Below are positions 36,012 to 45,791 of a stretch of DNA of 64,000 nucleotides, one piece after another (position 1 is the stretch's first letter; every line of letters begins with the position of its first letter). The position numbers and the translations under genes were made by a program. The notes under the pieces are model-generated. The model had not been told where the DNA came from. It ran no database searches and worked only from the letters and a program-made list of their open reading frames with translations. Location of the stretch: sequence record ON529860.1; one strand, given 5' to 3'.

Positions 36012-39000
36012 TTAAAAGTCCTGCCAGGGCTCGATCGAACGAACACCGGGGAATCCACGGCCAACCGCAGTAGACAGTTGATAGATCAGAACGTGGATCG
36101 AGTCAAGATTTACGTCAAAGGGCGCCGTAAATCCTGACACATCGACGGTCAGTTCGGGACTGTCCGTTTCGACCCGGTAGAGGACCTGGGCCTCGGCCGG
36201 GACTTCGTCGCTGCGCGACAGATCACCCGTGAACCCTGCCTTGAGGATGAAGACCTCATAGCGCTCACGCCCTTCATTGAGCGGCACCGATCCCGTCAGG
36301 TCTTGCATGTTTCCGCCCATGCGGGTCCGACGTTTCCACGTCAGGGTCACCGTCGTGCCAAGCACAGTCCGTCGAATGTCCTTGGGCGCATAGGGCATCA
36401 GGTCGCGCGGCTCGTAGCGCGTGATGGTGGAGGGCGACAACTCAGGCTTGACGCCGTCGCCGACGGCCCGGTGCCAGCGGGTCTTGGCCCGTTGGTCGAG
36501 CAGTTCCGCTCCCGATTCGAGCGTGCTGGGGGAGAGGACGACGAACATCTCGCCCAGGGCATGCGACGCGCAGGCGTATTCGGTGCCCCGGCGTCCGCGC
36601 AGGAGGTTCCAGATGGTCCACGAGCCGTCCGCGTTCTCGACGCAATCGCGGAACTGGATCAGTTCAGCCCCGAGCGCGCACATGTTGGCCCCGGACCACA
36701 GTTCGTCATCCGTGATCGATTCCAGTTCGAACCAGTCGATCGTCGGCCACAGGGTGATCCGCGTCTCCCAGTCAAGGCCGTGCGCGCCGTGACGCGGCGG
36801 CGGGACGACGCCGGACACCTGCGCCCACTCCGTGTCCTGATCCGTCAGGTAGACCAGGTCATAGTTGACGCCGTCTTCAGAACGCCACATGCCGGCGCCG
36901 TCGAACGGGGTTTGTCCGCCATGCGCCACACCGAGGTAGTGCAAGGAGTAGGCGCCGCCCGTGTCGTCCGCGTCGCGCATCAGCGGCGTGTTCAGCACGA
37001 TGGCCTTGGCGGCGCGCGGCGGGATGAAGGGTAGAGGATCGATGACGCCGGAGCCGCCGTCGGCCACGGCGTCGCTCTCATAGGCCATGGAGTCCTGGCT
37101 GAAGGTCTCCAGGGCGTAGGTCCAGTTGGCGCCGAACTCGGTCTGATGCAGGCGCTCACGGTAGCGGCGGCCGTCAGGGAAGCGAACGTCGACGATGTCC
37201 GCCGGATCGAGATCGATGTAGGCCCAGGGCAGGCTGGTCTCATGCTGGGTGCGCTCAGCCCATTGCGCCCAGAGCATGCGATTGACCTGATCCTTGGCCT
37301 CTTTGGCCGTCATGACGACGCCCATCTCCATCGAGACCTGCTGATAGGAGAACATCGCCGGGATCGGGTTGGAGATGCGGCGCGTCTGGGCGGTCGAGGT
37401 CTCGAAGTCCTGATCCCAGTTCATGTAGGACAGGTGGACGCGGCGCGGCAGATCGGCGTCCTGGAGACGGCTTTCCTTCCAGAAATCGACGCCCTCGCCG
37501 TCGCCGGTCGTCCCCAGAAGCTTGGACGTGATCCGACGCACGGGTTTCCCGGTCTGGGATTCGTTCGATCCGGCGCCGCGCATGACGCCGACCATGACGC
37601 CGTTCCGCTCGACCAGATCGAACAGATAGAGCATGCGCAACTGGGCCAGGACGGATCGCAGGTCCGACAGGGAAGCCCAGCCGTAGCCTCGCACGGGCTG
37701 CGATTGCAAGGCCGTCAGATCGTACTGCGCCGGGGTCAGTCCTGCGCGGTTCAACAGGGTCGCCACAAGCCCCGCCAGCGTGGTGGACTCCGGCTTCACG
37801 GTGAGGCCCTTGCGAATGACCTGGATGCCCTGAGAGCCATAGGTCACGATCTGCCCATTGCCCGGATCAGCGTACTGCGAGACGCTGGAAGGGAAGGTGA
37901 CGGTGTTCCCGGTCGGGCCATAGAGGGGCTGCCCCCGATAGAGCAGATTGGACGTCGACTCGTTCACGGCGGCCTGGGACATCCAGTCCGGGTCGAGCGC
38001 CGCGTAAGGATCGTGAATCTCGACGATGTAGTCGCCGGTCGCCGCGTTCATCTTGTAGAGGCGCGAGCCGGAGACCCACCAGAACTCGCCGGTGGTCAGC
38101 ACGGAGGATTGCACGCCGCCCACGCCGGCGTTGAGCGCCGTCTTGCGCCAGGCCCAGCGGGACTGTTCCGGGAGGTATTTGCCGATATAGTGCCGTTGGG
38201 CGTTGCGCCAAACCAGCAGAACGCCCTTATCGGCCGGGTCATAGTGGCAGCCGAGCGTCTGGAAGTTGCTGATCGCGCCTTCATTCTCGATGGCGACGAC
38301 CTCGGACTTCGCCCAGCCTCCGGCCTGGGACACGCGATACAGATGCAGGTTCGTCACCGCGCTTCCCGAGCGGTCTCCGCCTTCGAAGATGTAGAAGGTC
38401 GCGCTGGGTTCGCCCGACACGCCGACATAGAAGCTGTCGCCGTAGACGCCGCGACTTTGAGACCCGAGATCAGCCAGGCCTCCCAAACCAAACGCCGAGG
38501 TGCACAGGGCGCGCTGGTAGCCCAGCACGCTGGTATACATGCACCACTCACGGCCTTCCCGATCCACGCTGAAAGCGCCAGCCCGGTTGCCGACGGGGAA
38601 CTCGGAGGTGGAGTTGGAGGAGGTCCCGAAGCGCCCGATGGTTTCGAACGTCACCGGATCATAGAGGATGAAGGGCTCGGAATTGGAGAAGCCGCCGTCG
38701 CCCTGGGTGACCAGAGCGCCAGTGGTGGGCGATACCCCCAGCAGGGCGGCGAGGCCCGGCGTGGCGCCACGCCCCTCTTCCCGGCTGCTGGACGGACGCA
38801 AGGCCGCGATGCCGCCGTTCGTCAGGCCGACGGCGATCAGGTCCATGTCGCCGTTGTAGGCGACTTCGGTCGTCTGATAGCTGGTGATGCGCGAGAAGGT
38901 GACCGGCGTGGCGCGGCCGATGATCTCGCCCTCGCCGTCGCCCTGGGCGAACACCTCGACGCTGATCTGAGGGATCGAGTTGCCGAAGTCCTCCAGAGGC

Positions 39001-39479
39001 ATGTCCTGGAACAGGATATAGGCCAGGCCGCGATAGGCCGGCGTATTGCCCTCGCCCACGATCTTCTCGATGGTCGGGTCCGGCATCTGGTTCTCGCCGC
39101 CATCGTAGACCTTGAACTTGAAGGTCTTCTTGATGGCGAGTTTTCCGGTTCCCGTGGCGTCGTAGATCAGCTTGTGGTTGGCCCAGATTTTCCGGACGTT
39201 GGTGATCGGTCCTCGGCAGATCGCCATCGCGAACGTACCCGTGTAGAGGTAGTATTTGTAACGCTTGAGCGCGACGGTCTTCTTCTTCTTGATCTCCTTG
39301 ATCTTGTCCGTCCAAATCATGTTGCCGGCCACCCGCACGATCCCGTAAGCATTCGGGATCGCCGCGCCATAGGTGGAGGCGGAGATTTTCAGGTCCTTCA
39401 GGCGGGGGCCTTCGGCCGGGAACAGGAAACCGATCCCGATCTGGGCCACCGCCATGACGGCGAACGAAAACGGGTCCAT
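36012..39479 (-). CDS. Tail tip / host-specificity protein, copy B (GTA g15 / phage-tail_3-like)
   Basis: GPRLKDLKISASTYG, PAYRGLAYILF-x-DMPLEDFGN and C-terminal LLRGRRGTE / WKRRTR. Confidence 0.85.
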   Translation of the reverse strand: MDPFSFAVMAVAQIGIGFLFPAEGPRLKDLKISASTYGAAIPNAYGIVRVAGNMIWTDKIKEIKKKKTVALKRYKYYLYTGTFAMAICRGPITNVRKIWANHKLIYDATGTGKLAIKKTFKFKVYDGGENQMPDPTIEKIVGEGNTPAYRGLAYILFQDMPLEDFGNSIPQISVEVFAQGDGEGEIIGRATPVTFSRITSYQTTEVAYNGDMDLIAVGLTNGGIAALRPSSSREEGRGATPGLAALLGVSPTTGALVTQGDGGFSNSEPFILYDPVTFETIGRFGTSSNSTSEFPVGNRAGAFSVDREGREWCMYTSVLGYQRALCTSAFGLGGLADLGSQSRGVYGDSFYVGVSGEPSATFYIFEGGDRSGSAVTNLHLYRVSQAGGWAKSEVVAIENEGAISNFQTLGCHYDPADKGVLLVWRNAQRHYIGKYLPEQSRWAWRKTALNAGVGGVQSSVLTTGEFWWVSGSRLYKMNAATGDYIVEIHDPYAALDPDWMSQAAVNESTSNLLYRGQPLYGPTGNTVTFPSSVSQYADPGNGQIVTYGSQGIQVIRKGLTVKPESTTLAGLVATLLNRAGLTPAQYDLTALQSQPVRGYGWASLSDLRSVLAQLRMLYLFDLVERNGVMVGVMRGAGSNESQTGKPVRRITSKLLGTTGDGEGVDFWKESRLQDADLPRRVHLSYMNWDQDFETSTAQTRRISNPIPAMFSYQQVSMEMGVVMTAKEAKDQVNRMLWAQWAERTQHETSLPWAYIDLDPADIVDVRFPDGRRYRERLHQTEFGANWTYALETFSQDSMAYESDAVADGGSGVIDPLPFIPPRAAKAIVLNTPLMRDADDTGGAYSLHYLGVAHGGQTPFDGAGMWRSEDGVNYDLVYLTDQDTEWAQVSGVVPPPRHGAHGLDWETRITLWPTIDWFELESITDDELWSGANMCALGAELIQFRDCVENADGSWTIWNLLRGRRGTEYACASHALGEMFVVLSPSTLESGAELLDQRAKTRWHRAVGDGVKPELSPSTITRYEPRDLMPYAPKDIRRTVLGTTVTLTWKRRTRMGGNMQDLTGSVPLNEGRERYEVFILKAGFTGDLSRSDEVPAEAQVLYRVETDSPELTVDVSGFTAPFDVNLDSIHVLIYQLSTAVGRGFPGVRSIEPWQDF

Positions 39480-42400
39480 CAGAAGGCCTCGTCGGGTGCG
39501 ACGGAGCGCAGCGCCGGGAAGCCCCGGCCCACGGCGTCGGAAAGCTGGTAAATCACCAGATGCAGCGTGTCGGTGTTCGGGGCGAAGCCGTCTTCAGCCT
39601 GGGCGGCGGCGTCGTAGACGAACTGCGGCGTCGCGCTCTCGAAGCGCCGGCGGTACGCTTCCGGCCCGCGCCCGCGCGAGCGGTCGCCGTCAAAGGGCGC
39701 ATCCAGGATGAAGGCTTCATAGCGCTCGATGCGCTCCGCCAGCGGCACTTCTCCGGTGCCGTCCTGCATGTTGCCGCCGAAGCGGGTGCATCGGCTCCAG
39801 GACACGGTGAAGTCGCTCGACGTTTCGGCCTTGACCCGCCGCACATCCGCAGGGGCGTAGGGCATGAGGTCTCGCGGCTCATAGGCGAGGCTCAACACGC
39901 CCTGGGTCGCCAGAGAGCCGCCGGACGCGACCGCCTTGAAGAAGCGCGCCTGGCCGCGAGCGCTGGTCTGCTCCACAGCAAAGCCGACCGTATCGGACGA
40001 GAGGAAGACGAACCGCTCCCCCGCGCCATGACGGTCGCAGCCATATTCCGTGCCGCGCCGCGCGCGCAGGAGGTTCCAGATGCTCCAGGTGCCGTCTTCA
40101 TTCTCGACGCAGTCCCGGAACTGGATGATCTCGTCGCCGACCAGGGCCAGATTGGCGCCGGCCCACAGTTCATCATCGGTGACGGATTCGATCGCGAACC
40201 AGTCCACCGCCGGGCGGATCGTCAGTCGGCTGGTCCAGTCCAGAGCAAAGGCCCCGAACGGCGGAGGCGGCAACACATCGCCGATCACCGTCCCCCACTC
40301 CAGATCGGAGTCCGGCGACGGGATGATTTCGTAGTCCAGGTTGTTGACCGAGCGGAGCAGGGCTCCTCCCGTCCAGGCCTGCTCCATGCCGTTGCCGAGC
40401 CCGACATAGTAGATGCTGGCCGAACCGCCCTGATCGTCCATGTCGCGCATCAGAGGCGTGTTGAACACGAACGGCAGCGCCAGCCCCGGCGGCAGGATGC
40501 CGGACGAACCGCCCGACCCCGCGCCGCCGTCCGCCTCCAGTTCATCCCAGCCGTCATAGGCGCCGGAATCCTGGGCGTAGCATTCGGTGCCCATGATGAA
40601 GTCGGCGCCGATCTCGGTGCGGTCGATGCGGTCTTCATAAAGGCGGCCGTCGTCCATCTTGACGTTGATGGTGTCGCCCGGATCAAGCATCAGGTAGGCC
40701 CACGGCAGGTAGGTCTGATGGCGCACGCGCTCGGACCACTGCGCATAGAGCATCTTGTGGACCTGGGCCTTGGCCTCTTTCGCCGCCATGACGATGTTGA
40801 TCTCCATGCTCACCTGCTGTCGCGAGAACATGGTCGGAACAGGCGAGGCGATGCGCACGGAATGGGCGGTCGAGGTCTCGAAATCTCGGTCGACGTTCAT
40901 GTAGGAGACGGTGACACGCGACGGCAGGTCCGCTTCCTGCATGCGGGTCTCGCTCCAGAAGTCGGAGGCTTCAGGCGAGGACGACCCCAGGGCCGCCTGG
41001 GGAATGACCTCAATGGGGACGCCCATGCCGTTGGTGTCGTCGGCGCGCATGGACGCCACCAGAAGGCCTTCACGCTCCACCAGGTCGAACAGGAACAGCC
41101 GACGCAGTTCGTCGAGAACGCCCTTGATGTCGGTGGCCGAGGCCCAGCCGTAACCCCGGATCGGAATCGCATAGAGCGCCGACAGGTCGGTGCGCATCAG
41201 CGGCATGCCGCCTTCTTCGAGAAGGCGGGCGACGATGGTGCCGACGCTGACTCCGGTGGCGATGTTGGTGGCCTTGACGACGCCGTCGACGCCGTCCAGA
41301 GCGATCAGCAGGCCGCGCTGGGCGTCGATCGCCTGAAGCGCCGCCACGCCGCCCTCGTAAGGGGCTTTGAGCGGAATGCCCGACCCTTGGGTGCTCACGA
41401 TCATGTTGACCGTGCGTCCCGCCGCCTGCCCGCCCGACATGTAGTCGTGCTGGGCGTAGGATTCGGGACTGTCGGCGTAGGCCCACCCGAACTCGTAATA
41501 GTCCGCCAACACCTGCGGGTAACGCGCCAGGTAATCCGCCCAGTCGGGCGTGCCGGTGGCTTCTCCGGCGTCTTCACCGTCGATGGGCGTGCCCGTGGCG
41601 GTATCCAGCAGATAGACGCGCCCGCCGACGAGCCAGGCGATCTGGGATTCCAGCGTGCGGCTCTCAGGCGCGATTTCCGGCGGATACCCAGGGATGGCGC
41701 GGGTCCAGGCGACCGCGCCCGTATCCTCGTTCCACTTGGTCAGGTAGGCCTGGCCGGCGCGCTTCATGAAAATCAGCACGCCCGGCATGCCGGCGTCCCA
41801 CAGGATGGGTCCGATCTCGGTCCCGTCGACCTCGGCGAGGTCCTCAATCCCGTCGACGGTCACCCGCGACAGGCGCAAGGTCGCGCCGTTCGGGCGGACG
41901 ACATAGAAGATCGCCGACGCGGCGATGTCGGTGGGGTCGCGACCCACCACGCGAGCGCCCGCGCCGAGCGTGCCGGACCACAGCACGTCCAGGGTCGACG
42001 CGTCATGCAGGCAGGCGGAACCCGAGGCGTCCACCGCCAGCACCCGCATGGCCCCGTTGCTGGCCGATGCGGGCGCCGCGCGGACATACTGGAGCGACGG
42101 GGCGTGCGTGGCGACCCGTTGCAGCGAGAAGGGATCGAGCCGCCCCAGGGCGTTCGGCCCCGCCTCAGGTCCGAAAAGGGTGAACAGCGAACCGTCGACG
42201 CCGCCGCACAACAGGCGATTGAGCCGCTCTCCCTCGGGGTAGCCCAGGGTGTCCGCCGGGTAGAGGACGCGGGCCTTGCCGTCACGAAGGCTGACGGATT
42301 TGATGGCGTCGTCATAACGCAGGTAGAAGACTGCACGGGGGAAGTCGAAGACGGCTTCTCCGGGCGCGCGGTCGCGATCGAGGTCCGTCAGGCCATCCTG

Positions 42401-43036
42401 TTCGGTCAGCGGGGTCACCGTCACCGTCGTGGACTGTTCCCCAACCATCACCTCGGCGGTGATCTGGGGAATGCGGTTCCCGAAGTCCTCCAGAGGCATG
42501 TCGTCGAACAGGATGTAGGCCAGGCCCCGGAAGGCCGGCGCATTACCCTCGCCCAGATTGGTCTCGATGGCGGAATCCGGCAACTGGTCCTCATCGCCGC
42601 GATAGAAGCGCATGCGATATTTGGAGACGCCCTGACCCGTGATGCGCTGGGTGATCGCTTCCTTGACCGAGTTGGGTTGGGTCGCCTGGGTCGGGCTGAT
42701 CCCGCCCGTGGCGTCGTAGATCAGCTTGTTGTCCGCCCAGATGCGACGGATTTCCCGAACGGGACCCTGGCACAGGCCCATGGCGAAGGTGCAGTAGTAG
42801 GTATACTGGTTGTAGGCGCCGCCCTTGCCCGACTTCTTCTTCTTGTTTTCGCGGATCGGCATCGACCAGATCATGTTGCCGGGCACGCGCGTCAGGCCGA
42901 ACACCCAGGGGATGGCCGCGCCATAGGTCGAGGCGCTGATCTTGAGGTCTTTCAGGCGCGGGCCTTCCGACGGGAACAGATAGCTGATCCCGACCTGGGC
43001 CACCGCCATCATCGCCATGCTGAACGGATCAGCCAT
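39479..43036 (-). CDS. Tail tip / host-specificity protein, copy A (GTA g15 / phage-tail_3-like)
   Basis: Same N- and C-terminal motifs as copy B, with a divergent middle. Confidence 0.85.
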   Translation of the reverse strand: MADPFSMAMMAVAQVGISYLFPSEGPRLKDLKISASTYGAAIPWVFGLTRVPGNMIWSMPIRENKKKKSGKGGAYNQYTYYCTFAMGLCQGPVREIRRIWADNKLIYDATGGISPTQATQPNSVKEAITQRITGQGVSKYRMRFYRGDEDQLPDSAIETNLGEGNAPAFRGLAYILFDDMPLEDFGNRIPQITAEVMVGEQSTTVTVTPLTEQDGLTDLDRDRAPGEAVFDFPRAVFYLRYDDAIKSVSLRDGKARVLYPADTLGYPEGERLNRLLCGGVDGSLFTLFGPEAGPNALGRLDPFSLQRVATHAPSLQYVRAAPASASNGAMRVLAVDASGSACLHDASTLDVLWSGTLGAGARVVGRDPTDIAASAIFYVVRPNGATLRLSRVTVDGIEDLAEVDGTEIGPILWDAGMPGVLIFMKRAGQAYLTKWNEDTGAVAWTRAIPGYPPEIAPESRTLESQIAWLVGGRVYLLDTATGTPIDGEDAGEATGTPDWADYLARYPQVLADYYEFGWAYADSPESYAQHDYMSGGQAAGRTVNMIVSTQGSGIPLKAPYEGGVAALQAIDAQRGLLIALDGVDGVVKATNIATGVSVGTIVARLLEEGGMPLMRTDLSALYAIPIRGYGWASATDIKGVLDELRRLFLFDLVEREGLLVASMRADDTNGMGVPIEVIPQAALGSSSPEASDFWSETRMQEADLPSRVTVSYMNVDRDFETSTAHSVRIASPVPTMFSRQQVSMEINIVMAAKEAKAQVHKMLYAQWSERVRHQTYLPWAYLMLDPGDTINVKMDDGRLYEDRIDRTEIGADFIMGTECYAQDSGAYDGWDELEADGGAGSGGSSGILPPGLALPFVFNTPLMRDMDDQGGSASIYYVGLGNGMEQAWTGGALLRSVNNLDYEIIPSPDSDLEWGTVIGDVLPPPPFGAFALDWTSRLTIRPAVDWFAIESVTDDELWAGANLALVGDEIIQFRDCVENEDGTWSIWNLLRARRGTEYGCDRHGAGERFVFLSSDTVGFAVEQTSARGQARFFKAVASGGSLATQGVLSLAYEPRDLMPYAPADVRRVKAETSSDFTVSWSRCTRFGGNMQDGTGEVPLAERIERYEAFILDAPFDGDRSRGRGPEAYRRRFESATPQFVYDAAAQAEDGFAPNTDTLHLVIYQLSDAVGRGFPALRSVAPDEAF

Positions 43037-43040
43037 TTCG

Positions 43041-43457
43041 TTAGTCCTCCACGCCGGGGAAATCGAGCACGCAGCGCAGGCGGGTCGACCAGTAACCGTC
43101 CCACTCCTCTTCGATCACGCTGCGCTTGGAGAGCGAGGCGTGCAGGAGGTAGGGACGGTCGTATTTTTCAGTGATGATGCCGATGTGGCAGGGCTGGTGC
43201 TGATCCCGCAGGATCACCGCCGTTCCGGGGGCGATGACCTGGGGATCGCGATAGATCATGAAGCGTTTGACATGATCGACGAAGCGGCCGTCGGGATTGC
43301 GGGAATAGCCGTCGATGTCCTCGTAAGGCACGTCAAAGGCCGCACCCACGACGCAGACGAGCCCGATGCAGTCGACACCGGTCGAGGTGCGCCCGCGATG
43401 CCGCCAGGGCACGCCGAGCAAACGGCGGCCTTCGTTGATGATGTCTTGACGCAGCAT
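43041..43457 (-). CDS. NlpC/P60 family tail peptidase (GTA g14-like)
   Basis: LGVPWRHRGR, GVDCIGL and HIGI. Confidence 0.9.
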   Translation of the reverse strand: MLRQDIINEGRRLLGVPWRHRGRTSTGVDCIGLVCVVGAAFDVPYEDIDGYSRNPDGRFVDHVKRFMIYRDPQVIAPGTAVILRDQHQPCHIGIITEKYDRPYLLHASLSKRSVIEEEWDGYWSTRLRCVLDFPGVED

Positions 43458-43461
43458 GGAG

Positions 43462-45135
43462 TTACATCGCCGGGGCGTTGGGGGTCTGGTAGTATTTGTC
43501 CTGCCCAGGCACGTCCGGTTCGCCCCGGAAGTTCAGGATATTGGCGAACTTGTCCTTGCAGGAGGCGCGGGTCTTGTCGCAGCCCGGATGGATGACGAAA
43601 CGATCGCCGGCGCGGGGGATGTGATAGGGGCGTTGGAACAGCGTCACCGAGGCGGCGGCGGACACCTTGATTTCCTGGGCGCGGCCGGCGTTCGGCCCCG
43701 TCTCCCAGATCATGAGGCCGCCGTCGTAATAGCCGACCGCATCGCCCAGCGCCGAGGTCACAACCGTGCGGCCGCCGTCCGAGGTGCCGATGACGGTCAT
43801 CGACTTCTTGTAGGACTTGACGGCCTTCCAGGTGACGGCGCCGTCCTGGATGGTGTCGCCCAGCAGGTTCGACCAGGCCGGTTCTTCGGCGCCGGAGGTG
43901 CCGGCAGTGATGCACTGGAAGGCGACGTCGCCATACTGGGAGGAAGAGCCCAGGGTGCCGTCCGGGAAGTTGACAGCGAGCGTGACCGTATCAAAGGCGG
44001 CGCCTTCCGAATAACGGCTGCGCTTGTGGGCGAACAGGTCGACACGCAGGCGACGGGTGCCCGCCGGGATCAGGATGTCGCGCACGATCTCCTGGAACCA
44101 GCGATCTTCCGCCGTCTTCTTCAGGCCCGTGTCATAGATCGCCGAGGCGCCGATCTGCACCCCCGCGCCGTCAAGGGCGAAGACGCGGAACCGGGCGCCG
44201 GCCTCTTTCGGGTTGATGCAGGCGTACCAGACCGTGGCGAACAGGCGGCACAGGCCCGTATCGAGTTGCACGGCGTCCCCGCCCTGGGCGATCAGGTCCA
44301 CGTCCTGATACATGCCGATGTCCGCGACCGTGTGTCCGTCGCCGTCGTTGTTGGTCACGTCGGAGAGCGTCCAGCCGTCGTCCGTGCCGAAGGCGGCGTA
44401 GGAGTCCTTGCCGCCCAGGCCGAAGAACGGCGTCTGCCGCACCGTCCAGCGCCCGCGAGGGTCGCCGTAGCTGGTCCAGCCTTCGATGTCGCGCACCGTC
44501 ACCGGCAGGGTTGCGGCGTCGTTGTCGAACGAGGGGTTTTGCAGCGACAGGTTCAGGTAGCCGGTCGCCACATTGATGATGCCCCGCACGACGTCTCCCC
44601 GCCGGTAGTAGCCGCCCGGTCGCCAGTCCGCCGGGCTGATCGCCACGCGGCAGCGCCGGTCGCCGAGGTCGGCGCGGCACTCCGGCGCATAGCCCTCGCC
44701 GATGCGATAGGTATAGACCTGGGTCAGCCCGCGCAGTTCGGCGATGAAGGTCGAATCTTCGTTCATCGTCACTTCGCCGAGCCAGCCGGTGCGCAGCGTC
44801 GTGGAGCCGGAGTCGGGCTCCATCCAGTTGACGATGAAGACGCGGACTTCAGCGAAGTCGAACAGGCCGCTCGCCACGTCGGCGCGCGCAATGTGCTTGG
44901 AGTTCAAGATGCCGCGCACTTCCATCTGGTCGACTTCAAGATCGAGGCCGGTGGTGATGGAGGTGCGGGCGAACGAGGAATAGGGCACGTATTCCGACGA
45001 GCCGATCCGCAGGACCTGGTCATGATCGGTGAACCGGAACGACCGACCATCCTTGCGGATGATCTCCAGGCAGGTGCACAGCGTGGTGACGCCTTGGCGG
45101 ATGTGGCTCTTCAGGGCGGGAGTGAGGTCTTTCAT
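43462..45135 (-). CDS. Baseplate hub protein (DUF2163/BR0599, GTA g13-like) with an inserted domain
   Basis: FRFTDHD, CRADLGD-x2-C and GCDKT-x2-SC-x2-KF-x-N-x2-NFRG. Confidence 0.9.
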   Translation of the reverse strand: MKDLTPALKSHIRQGVTTLCTCLEIIRKDGRSFRFTDHDQVLRIGSSEYVPYSSFARTSITTGLDLEVDQMEVRGILNSKHIARADVASGLFDFAEVRVFIVNWMEPDSGSTTLRTGWLGEVTMNEDSTFIAELRGLTQVYTYRIGEGYAPECRADLGDRRCRVAISPADWRPGGYYRRGDVVRGIINVATGYLNLSLQNPSFDNDAATLPVTVRDIEGWTSYGDPRGRWTVRQTPFFGLGGKDSYAAFGTDDGWTLSDVTNNDGDGHTVADIGMYQDVDLIAQGGDAVQLDTGLCRLFATVWYACINPKEAGARFRVFALDGAGVQIGASAIYDTGLKKTAEDRWFQEIVRDILIPAGTRRLRVDLFAHKRSRYSEGAAFDTVTLAVNFPDGTLGSSSQYGDVAFQCITAGTSGAEEPAWSNLLGDTIQDGAVTWKAVKSYKKSMTVIGTSDGGRTVVTSALGDAVGYYDGGLMIWETGPNAGRAQEIKVSAAASVTLFQRPYHIPRAGDRFVIHPGCDKTRASCKDKFANILNFRGEPDVPGQDKYYQTPNAPAM

Positions 45136-45138
45136 GGA

Positions 45139-45789
45139 TCAGCCCTGGAACAGGTCGTTCCAGTCGCGGACTTCGACCAGAGGGATCGAGGCCCAGGACT
45201 GGGTCAGCCAGAACTCGTGCGTGGCGTCGAGGTGATCGGTGTCGAAGCGGACGGGAACATGGAACTCGGCCGCACCGATCATGATCGGCGCGGTGTTGAG
45301 CGGCGGGACGGCGAAGATGATCTTGCCGGTGTCGTGGTCGATCGTGTAGTCGACGCCCTGGACCTGCACCGCCGCGCCCATCTTGACGCCGGCCACCGTG
45401 TCCCAGGCGATTTTGTAAAGCTTGCGCTGATAGACGTAGTTCTGCGCGGTCGCCGGGTTCTGATCGTTGTAGGTCTTGATGATCTGGAACTCGGTCTGAA
45501 CGCCGTCGCCGAGCGCGATCACTTGCTGCTTCAGGCGGAAATCGTTGTAGTCCTTGAAGCGGAACCCGAAGGCGCGGCCGCGCCGGGCGTAGAAGAACGC
45601 CGTCAGTTCATCCATCTGGACCTGGCTCTTGATCCCGTGGCTGACGTCATACTCGGCGCGCGTCATCGACCAGTCGATGTTGCGCTGCTCGTAGCCGGAA
45701 TCGGCCGTGAAGATCGTGGTCTTGAATTTCGGGCCGCCCGACGAGCCGTAGGAAATCTCCGTCGGGAAAAGCACCTCGTGAAAGGCCAT
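45139..45789 (-). CDS. Distal tail protein (DUF2460, GTA g12-like)
   Basis: FHEVLFP-x2-ISYGSSGGPKF, FRFKD-x2-D and FHVPVRFDTD. Confidence 0.9.
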   Translation of the reverse strand: MAFHEVLFPTEISYGSSGGPKFKTTIFTADSGYEQRNIDWSMTRAEYDVSHGIKSQVQMDELTAFFYARRGRAFGFRFKDYNDFRLKQQVIALGDGVQTEFQIIKTYNDQNPATAQNYVYQRKLYKIAWDTVAGVKMGAAVQVQGVDYTIDHDTGKIIFAVPPLNTAPIMIGAAEFHVPVRFDTDHLDATHEFWLTQSWASIPLVEVRDWNDLFQG

Positions 45790-45791
45790 GG

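Noticed and set aside
27860-43036. Diversity-generating retroelement or invertible tail-fibre cassette
   Set aside because: No reverse transcriptase or invertase was found, and I saw no template/variable repeat pair differing at adenines. The duplications are ancient and protein-level.
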